DNA from: the human T2T-CHM13v2.0 reference genome, Homo sapiens
Length of the DNA: 64,000 bases
Assembly: GCF_009914755.1 (NCBI RefSeq)
Contig: NC_060934.1
Strand: one strand, 5' to 3'
Under the pieces are notes generated by a model. That model did no database searches and was not told the DNA's origin. It saw only the letters and a list, made by a program, of their open reading frames with translations. Position 1 is the first letter of the stretch, and the number at the start of each line of letters is the position of its first letter. This document shows positions 56,391 to 64,000 of this stretch, one piece after another. Position numbers and translations under genes: made by a program.

Positions 56391-56941
56391 TGTATTAGTC
56401 AGGTTCTCTAGAGGGACAGAACTAATAGGATACATGTATATATGAAAGGGAGTTTATTAAGGAGAATTGACTCACATGATCACAAGGTAAAGTCCCACGA
56501 TAGGCCATCTGCAAGTCGAGGAGCAAGGAATTCAGTGGTGAATCAGCGCGAGTACCAATACCTCAAAAGTAAGGAAGCCTACAGTGCAGTCTTCAGTCTG
56601 TGGCCCAAGAGCCCCTGGGAAACCACTGGTGTAAGTTCAAGAGTCCCAAAGCTGAAGGACTTGGAGTCTAATGTTCAAGGGCAGGAAGCATCCAGCTTGG
56701 GAGACAGATGAAGACCAGAAGACTCAGCAAGTCTGCTCTTCCATCTTCTCCTGCTTGCTTTATTCTAGCCTTGTGGGCAGCTGATTAGATTGTGCTCACC
56801 CAGCTTGAGGGAGGGTCTGTCTCCCTCTGTCCACTGACTCAAATGTTAATCTCCTTTGGCAACACCCTCAAAGACATATCCAGGAACAATACTTTGCATC
56901 TTTCAATCCAATCAAGTTGACACTCAACCTTAACCATCACA
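56391..56941 (-). mobile_element. MLT2A2-like (HERV-L) solo LTR, complete
   Basis: 551 bp, tg...ca termini, perfect 5-bp TSD tgaag (56386-56390 and 56942-56946); caatccaatcaagttgacactca...taaccatcaca is the MLT2A 5' end on the reverse strand. Confidence 0.92.
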
Positions 56942-58469
56942 TGAAGTATGTTTGTAAATAAAAATGAACTCTGTATCATGATAATCCAAGGTGAAATGGA
57001 CATTTACTTTTCTGGCAAGTCTGGGTGTTTTCTGCTTGGAAAGCAATGGCACTAGGTTGCATATACAGCCTCTAACAAGCAAGCTCCTGAAATATGATTT
57101 CTCATTGAGCAAAATGGTTATTCCACACATAACTGCAGTTTCAGCAGTGCCTTTTTGTTTCTGGTTATTAATTTCTATTTAAGTTGTGCCAAAGTCATTA
57201 ATTTACTGAGCCAACATGGAAAATGTAAGGCAGTTAACTTTATAAATGACACCATCATGCTTCAGTATATTTGTGCTTAATGCCATTATACCACGTGAAA
57301 GATTCTAATTTCCTTATACTTGATGTAACTGGTGGTATTAGAATGCTAAGACTGTGGTAGTGTTTGTTGCTTTAATTGTACTGAACTGACTAGATACAAG
57401 TAGCCCGTTAAGTCCTCATTGTCCAATCTGAAAACTACATTATTGTTAATTTTTTTCTTTTGGAAGCATCAAGCTTTCTCAATATTGTGACACTTACATT
57501 ACTGTTGAAGTCTTTAAGGAGAGAATAAATATGCTAATAACATTCTAGAAGCAACTAACTCTAAGCAAAAGTGAATAGTACAGCACTATCAAGGTGTACA
57601 CTTTTTTCCCTGGAAAATTATCTCCATCAGGTAATGGGAAAGCACTGCTCTACAGAAAAGCAAAAAATGACTTATAAGCTTGATTCATTGTTACTTTAAA
57701 ACCCTTCATATCTGAAGGTTAAGCTAACATTAAGGCAGTGTACAACTATCAGAACAATATTTCATATATTTGTATTTAGATGAATCACCAGATTTGTGAG
57801 TTAGTCTCTGAATATTTTCTATATTGAGCCAGATTTTAGCTGCCATTTTTGTGTTTTAATAAGGTTTTCAGTTGTTATCCAAATATGACCCAGTACCTGA
57901 ATCAAAACAGCAAGCTTTGAGGAATAGGTCAGTATTTTTGGATAAACTAACAAAAAAAATGTTCATCAGGCTAAGACATCAGCAGTATTTGTGGTAGAAT
58001 TAATGAGTATTGTTAGTGTATATTTTAACTGTTAATAGTCAATGCTCTATTTTTTCTATGAAAATTCAACTTCCTAGTCGACTCTTTGCACTCCTTCATT
58101 CACTTATTATTTTACGGATTTCCCTCTTGTGTCAGATCTCTAGAAATTCTCACTTTTCATCTGGTTTTACAATCATTTTCTATTTTTCTCAGCTCTAGAA
58201 AAGTCTCTAAACAACTCCAGGGCAGAGGATCCATTTGTTTAACAGTGGCTTCTTGATCAATAATTGCATGCATGAAACAAAGTATCAGAAATAGTTTGCT
58301 CTTTACACTATCAATTGGCTGATATTTAAACAAATTGTCTTTAAAGTCACTGCCGCAATTTTGTTTGGCAATGGCATTTTATTTAATTCATTTATTAAAT
58401 GAGTTTCCAAAAATTAAGACCTGAATAATTTATGACTTCTTCTAATCTCAACAGAAATAAGTCAATGCT

Positions 58470-58650
58470 GGCTGGGTGCAGTGACTCACATCTTTAGTCC
58501 CAGGTACTTAAGAGGGTAAGGCTAGATGATCGCTTGAGCCCAGGAGTTGAAGACTGCAGTGAACTCTGATTACTATTTCACTCCAGCCTGGGCAACGGAA
58601 GGAGACCCCGTCTCAAAAAAATAAAAATAAAAAGTAAAAGAAAAGAGAAA
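58470..58650 (+). mobile_element. Alu monomer (FRAM-like)
   Basis: single right-arm-type monomer plus A-rich tail; flanks agaaataagtcaatgct / agaaataaaacaatgtt. Confidence 0.85.
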
Positions 58651-58850
58651 GAAATAAAACAATGTTAATCTGTGTCTTGGCACAAAGTTTCACACTTCCA
58701 TCAAATGGGCATCATTTTGTGCTGCTAATGTCTCTTAGGGTGATTTTAAAACAAACTAAAAATATGAAACACTGGATAGTGTTAGCCTTACCTAGCTTGA
58801 TTTTCTTTGGGTGTACATGAATGCAAATAAATTCTACAATTTCTTAAATT

Positions 58851-58918
58851 CATATATATGTATATATGCACATACATATATTCATATATATGTTTATGTG
58901 TGTGTATATACATGTATA
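58851..58918. repeat. TA/TG-rich simple repeat
   Basis: direct inspection. Confidence 0.85.
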
Positions 58919-59747
58919 GGTATGGTGAGTACATATGGGGAACCAGTTGAAGGATGTTTCTTCTTTTACAAGAAAGGAGAGAAAACAATCTTCCCGAAAA
59001 GTGGTATTTACTAGCATGAAAAAGGATTGAGCTTCATATAGGTAGACATTACTGTATTTCTATCATAGGGTTATGTGTGTACATAATCCAATCTGTGTTT
59101 ATAATTCACATACCTACTCTCCATTATTTTGATGATTCAGGAAAGTAATTTCTCAAAATTTTTCCTTTTGCAAATGTGCTTTTTAGATAACTCACTGGAC
59201 CTAAACACTTGGCAGGCATTAGGGTCGACCTTCCCTGCTGGGTTGAAGAGGCTCTTTCATCCCCCAGACCTGCAGACTGAAAGTCAGCCAAAGTGCTAGA
59301 GATTCTGGCCCTTATGTACCTGCTGCCTATGGACTTGAGTTTTACAGAAAGAAAGCATTACTTGGCAAAAACCTGCTGATCATGTCTTTCCCCTTGGAAC
59401 CTCACAGCACAAGGCCCAGGCTTACTTTTTGATTCAGTGATGGTGAATTGATGGACTATTATAGAACTTTTCACTTCTGTGAAGCAGCATTGTAGTATCA
59501 GCACCCTGCATTTCTCTTAAAATAAAAAAAAAATCACAGTGATTCTAGGTTTTAAAAAGTTGTATTATTCTGCTAAACCATCATAAAATGCTGAATCTTT
59601 CTAGTCAATTTTATTGCAAATAACTACTGCTAAAATAAAGTAGAATTAGGTAAGTAACTTTTTTGATAAGCATTTACATTCTTAAGATGTGCTACTGTTC
59701 AGTATGTGTGAACTCCTAAGTTGCCAGTACAGTGGGTGCTATTGCTA

Positions 59748-59794
59748 TACTAACGCATTTCACCTGTCCTTTACCTCCTCTTCCAGAGGTGCGT
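59748..59794 (+). other. candidate U2-type 3' splice site (branch point, pyrimidine tract, CAG) followed by a donor-like AG|GTGCGT
   Basis: TACTAAC 59748-59754; 24/27 pyrimidines 59758-59784; first downstream AG at 59785-59786; use in vivo unproven. Confidence 0.45.
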
Positions 59795-59844
59795 ACTACG
59801 TGAAGTTTTCCAATTGCTGCTGCTTTATTTGCATTTAGTCACCC

Positions 59845-60040
59845 AGCCAAAGGTTCTCACATTTTATGATGCTTTATAAAAAGCTTCAAGAGCATATTTT
59901 AAAAGCACCCTGTCAGACCCCATGAATACACACTCTGAATCAATTGTTACAGATTGAGGCCAACAAATATTCATTTTTTCAAGCTTTCCTGGTAGCTCTT
60001 ACTAATTCATCCAAGAACATCTTGTTGAGGAATACACAAA
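59845..60040. mobile_element. MER5B-like hAT element, diverged
   Basis: ggttctcacattt...actctgaatca...ttttttcaagctttcctggt...ttgaggaatac. Confidence 0.45.
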
Positions 60041-60651
60041 AGATTTTGACTGCAGGATTAACCTATTTATACCAAAGCTTTGTATTCCTGGAATGGAGCA
60101 GTTGCAAATGCTGATGACTATTGCATTAATTGATGCTTTGAGATGTAGCAGTACTCAACCTGTTCTCTAACATCTGACACTCTGTGGGAAAACAAACCAA
60201 CAAACAAACAGCAAGAAGGAGTGGTTGAAATAGCAAATAGTCAACCTGGACAGTATCTGGCCTCCCAAGGGAGGCAGAAGTAGTCCTGAGGGATCCTGGG
60301 GTCAAAATGTGGTTGTGAAACCCAGAGAGGGGATAAGGGCTGGGTGTTCAGTAGGAACAGTGGGAACACGTGCTTCTGGTTGCTGTTTCCTTTTCACTTA
60401 TCAGTTTACACGTTTCTAAGCTTAGAGTGGGGTATCGAGAAGCAGGGTCTCATTGGGCATGTATTATGCTGAGCTCAGCTGACTTCAGGAAACATAGCAA
60501 AGCATTATAAACTGTAAGGAAGAAGACAGTTACGATAGAAAATTTTATGACAACGTAATGTATCTCTCATGGAAGAGCTGGGGGATGTCCTAGTATAAGA
60601 GGTTCTAGAGTCAGCAATAAGATGTGAGAGTCCTCTCTCTCTCTCTCGCTC

Positions 60652-61113
<462 letters not shown>

Positions 61114-61504
61114 TAGGGCAAGGAGTTCAGGAGGCAGGGGGCGGAGACTAAATGCACATAAGTTGAGGATAATAAGATGACACAGGGCAGTCACTCAGAA
61201 TTCAGTATACCACTAATGTGCATGTTTTGAATGCCTCAAGTCAGGCCAAAACTATTAGCCTTATTGAGCATGATTAGGTGTGCTGCTTTTCAGACAGTTA
61301 CTGCAATTACATACTGTGCAGTTCAGTTCAGTGGTTGGTATAGTTAAGCAAGGGGGTGCCTGTATTGAAAGATTGTGGACTAGGTTTGCCTGTATTTCTT
61401 GTTTAAAAGTTGATTCTACTGTTACATTTGTTCTAAACAGTTGCATCAGTTTATATTAGCAGTTGATCATCTCTTGCCCATTGAAATCAATGTGATTTAG
61501 AAGC

Positions 61505-62005
61505 AAGATATAGAATCTGGAGTTAGGTAGTCCTGGGGCCTTCATTTACCACCCTTAGTTTATTGTCTGTATAAATGTGATAAATTATGTTTACCTTATA
61601 AGTGTTAAATGAGTGAGCATGTGTGGATATGTGGCTGGGCGCAGTGGCTTACGCCTGTTATCCCAGCACTTTGAGAGTCTCAGGCAGGCAGATTGTTTCA
61701 GCCCAAGAATTCGAGATTGGCCTGGGCAACATGGCAAAATCCTGTTTCTATAAAAAGTACAAAAATTAGCACGGCATGGTGGTGCACACCCGTAGTCCCA
61801 GTTACTCAAGAGTCTGAGGTAGGAGAATCGCTGGAGCCTGGGAGGTCAAGGCTGCAGTGAGCTGTGATTGTGCTACTGCATTCCAGCCTGGGCATCAGAG
61901 TGAGACTTTGTCTTAAAAAAAAAAAAAAGAAAAGAAAAAAAAAAGAAAAAAAAGAAAGGGCATTTACTTGGAAGCATTCTTGGTATTCAGTAAATATTCA
62001 CTGCT
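61505..62005 (+). mobile_element. MIR interrupted by an Alu
   Basis: agaatctggagttag...tctgtataaatg...ttaaatgag [Alu] ...cagtaaatattc. Confidence 0.55.
61633..61957 (+). mobile_element. AluJb
   Basis: gagcctgggaggtcaaggctgcagtgagctgtgatt; long A/G tail. Confidence 0.92.
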
Positions 62006-62574
62006 TTCTCCCTTTACTATTTAATATTCTCTGGCTTCATAAAATTTGACTCTTATGACTTCTGTGCTCTTATTCACGTGAGGCTTCTATTTAATTATCT
62101 TGTCAACTACTACGTGGTTGATTTAAGGTATGTGAAACAAGCATTCATCTGTTCCACATCATGTTTCTCCCTGGGACCACATCTATCTTATATTAAGTGA
62201 TCTTTGAAGCAGCTCTAATAGGAATTGGTCCCTTGGGACAGGAAAACACCTGCTCCTGCTCTCTCTTGTGCTCGCACGTCCCAGGAGTCCTGACCTGTGT
62301 ATTATCATAGGCAACACCACCCAGGACACCTGGCCATCTTCCATTCATGGCCTCCCCTTTGGTGAAGAATGTCCTCAATATTTGTGGCAATTAGCAGCTA
62401 TTCTTGGGTAACCTTTAGTTAAAAGAGAGTAGTCTCATGGGCTAAAGACTAAAAAGAAGACGTGTAATAAAATTCCAGAGAAACAAGTCAACTCTGTCAG
62501 TGTTTATGTGAAAAGAGATCTGGGAGATCAGTGCTCAGCCTTCCCCAACAGATGCACAATGTTTTGTAGCAGGG

Positions 62575-62760
62575 AATTGGAAAACAAACTTTGACTTGGG
62601 ATTCATTGTGTGACTCTTCATTCCACCACCAACAATCTGTGTGACTTCAAGCAAAACAGCTACTCCTGAACTTCTGTTTCCTCCTGTATAAAAAGGGGAT
62701 ACTGAAGCATCTAATGGTTTGTTGGAAGGAATGAACTGAAGATCAGTTGTAATGCTCTAA
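62575..62760 (+). mobile_element. MIR
   Basis: ctgtgtgacttcaagcaa...ctgtttcctcctgtataaaaaggggata. Confidence 0.7.
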
Positions 62761-64000
62761 GACAAAGCTGGCTTATGATAAATGCTAGTCTCATTCTCCT
62801 TGTTGTCTTTTGAGAATTGCCCTTTGTTTCTTTTATGAAAATAACATTTCCATCTTTCCCATCCCACTTTTTCTTTTAAAACTGCTTCCCTGTACACATG
62901 GGGCAGCCACCCAATAGCTCCTGAAGGGATATACATGTATCTCTTTAAAGGGGATGCAGCTGTCTGCATTGTTTGCATTGCTTGCACAGTGGTGGGCACT
63001 GGTGTCATAACCCATTGCCATAGCTAAGCCTTTCTCTTTGGTATGGCTGGCTGTGTGCATGCACTAGAACTCGGTATGGTGTATTTCCCCAGAGCTCAGT
63101 CAACAAGGAATTGCTAAAATGAAATGCCATTTCTGCTGACTGTAAATGGAAGACCCTATTTTCTTTCATAAATGTGTGAAAATTCAAATAATTACCCTAC
63201 TATTTGATGTCCAAGTTGGTAAAGATCAACTAGCAGTAAGTCCCAGCATTTAGTTATAACATATTTGACTTTTGCTTTGAGCCCAAGAATCTTCAACATA
63301 CTTGGCTGTAAAATGGGAATATCAAAGCTCATGTGTTCTCACATGATTTTTATGGAAAGCAAATGTATAATGTACCTGACAAGGAGACATAGGTATTTGT
63401 GTGATGGCCTCAACATCATATTAAAACCACCAGTGATTTTCTTATTGATATGTTAATCTCTTATCACATGGGAACTTTTTTCTTTGATGGTCAGTTTGCT
63501 TTCATCTTGAAAGAAATCAATTGTTGATGTACGCTGTGTGTTAATTGCTTCGTTAATACTGCTCTGGTACAATAACCAACTGTAGCTGAAATAATTTGGC
63601 ATGTTCAGTACTGTTCACGTTGGATAGTAAGTATTGTGTGGTTAAAATGAAGATATCTATGGCAAACTTGCAACAATCCCAAAACATTGCTTTTCTGGTT
63701 ATATATCCAGAGGCAGTTTTTTTTTTCCCATATTCATTAGTGGTCATCGCTCTCCACAGGCCATTGCAATAGATAAGTAGGTAGTAACCAGGGTAAAGAA
63801 TTAGGTTGCCTAGAAGGTCAGTGAACCATACAGAACTTGCATATGACTAGCTGATGCCTAGTTGTTGAGGTGAACATTGTGATAAAATCATATTTGCTGG
63901 GAGTGGCTGACAGAAAATATTTTGTGAGTGAGTTAAACACCTCACATCTTGACATAAGGCATGTATCAAGCTGTTTATGACAGCATCTGATTCAGAAAAA

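Noticed and set aside
63554-63575. taatactgctctggta resembling the 5' end of miR-200b/429
   Set aside because: Similarity is limited to the seed region and there is no complementary arm forming a hairpin.

Overview
Eukaryotic, primate (very probably human or ape) genomic DNA: AT-rich, CpG-depleted, no CpG island, and roughly half interspersed repeats (Alu J/S/Y and FRAM monomers, L1PA/L1MA/L1MB/L1MC/L1ME, probable HAL1, L2, L3/CR1, MIR, MaLR and ERVL LTRs, Tigger4a, MER81, MER5). I find no supportable protein-coding exon, RNA gene or CRISPR array. The ORF track consists of Alu read-through, decayed L1 ORF1/ORF2 pieces, microsatellite frames and chance ORFs. Most long L1s and LTRs lie on the minus strand, which would fit a long intron of a plus-strand gene or lncRNA; I cannot name the locus. 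I did not find a convincing new biological system. The best leads are small-scale: (1) a textbook plus-strand 3' splice site with a perfect TACTAAC branch point and a donor-like GT 2 nt later (59748-59794); (2) a cluster of ten TGACA (TALE/MEIS-type) sites in unique DNA (42624-43046); (3) an intact solo MLT2A2 (HERV-L) LTR with two DUX4-like sites; (4) a head-to-head Alu pair inserted on opposite strands of the same TTTAAAA site; (5) several template-switch or templated-insertion scars, mostly at (TA)n tracts. Repeat subfamily names come from my recall of consensus sequences, not from a database search, and boundaries of old repeats are approximate.
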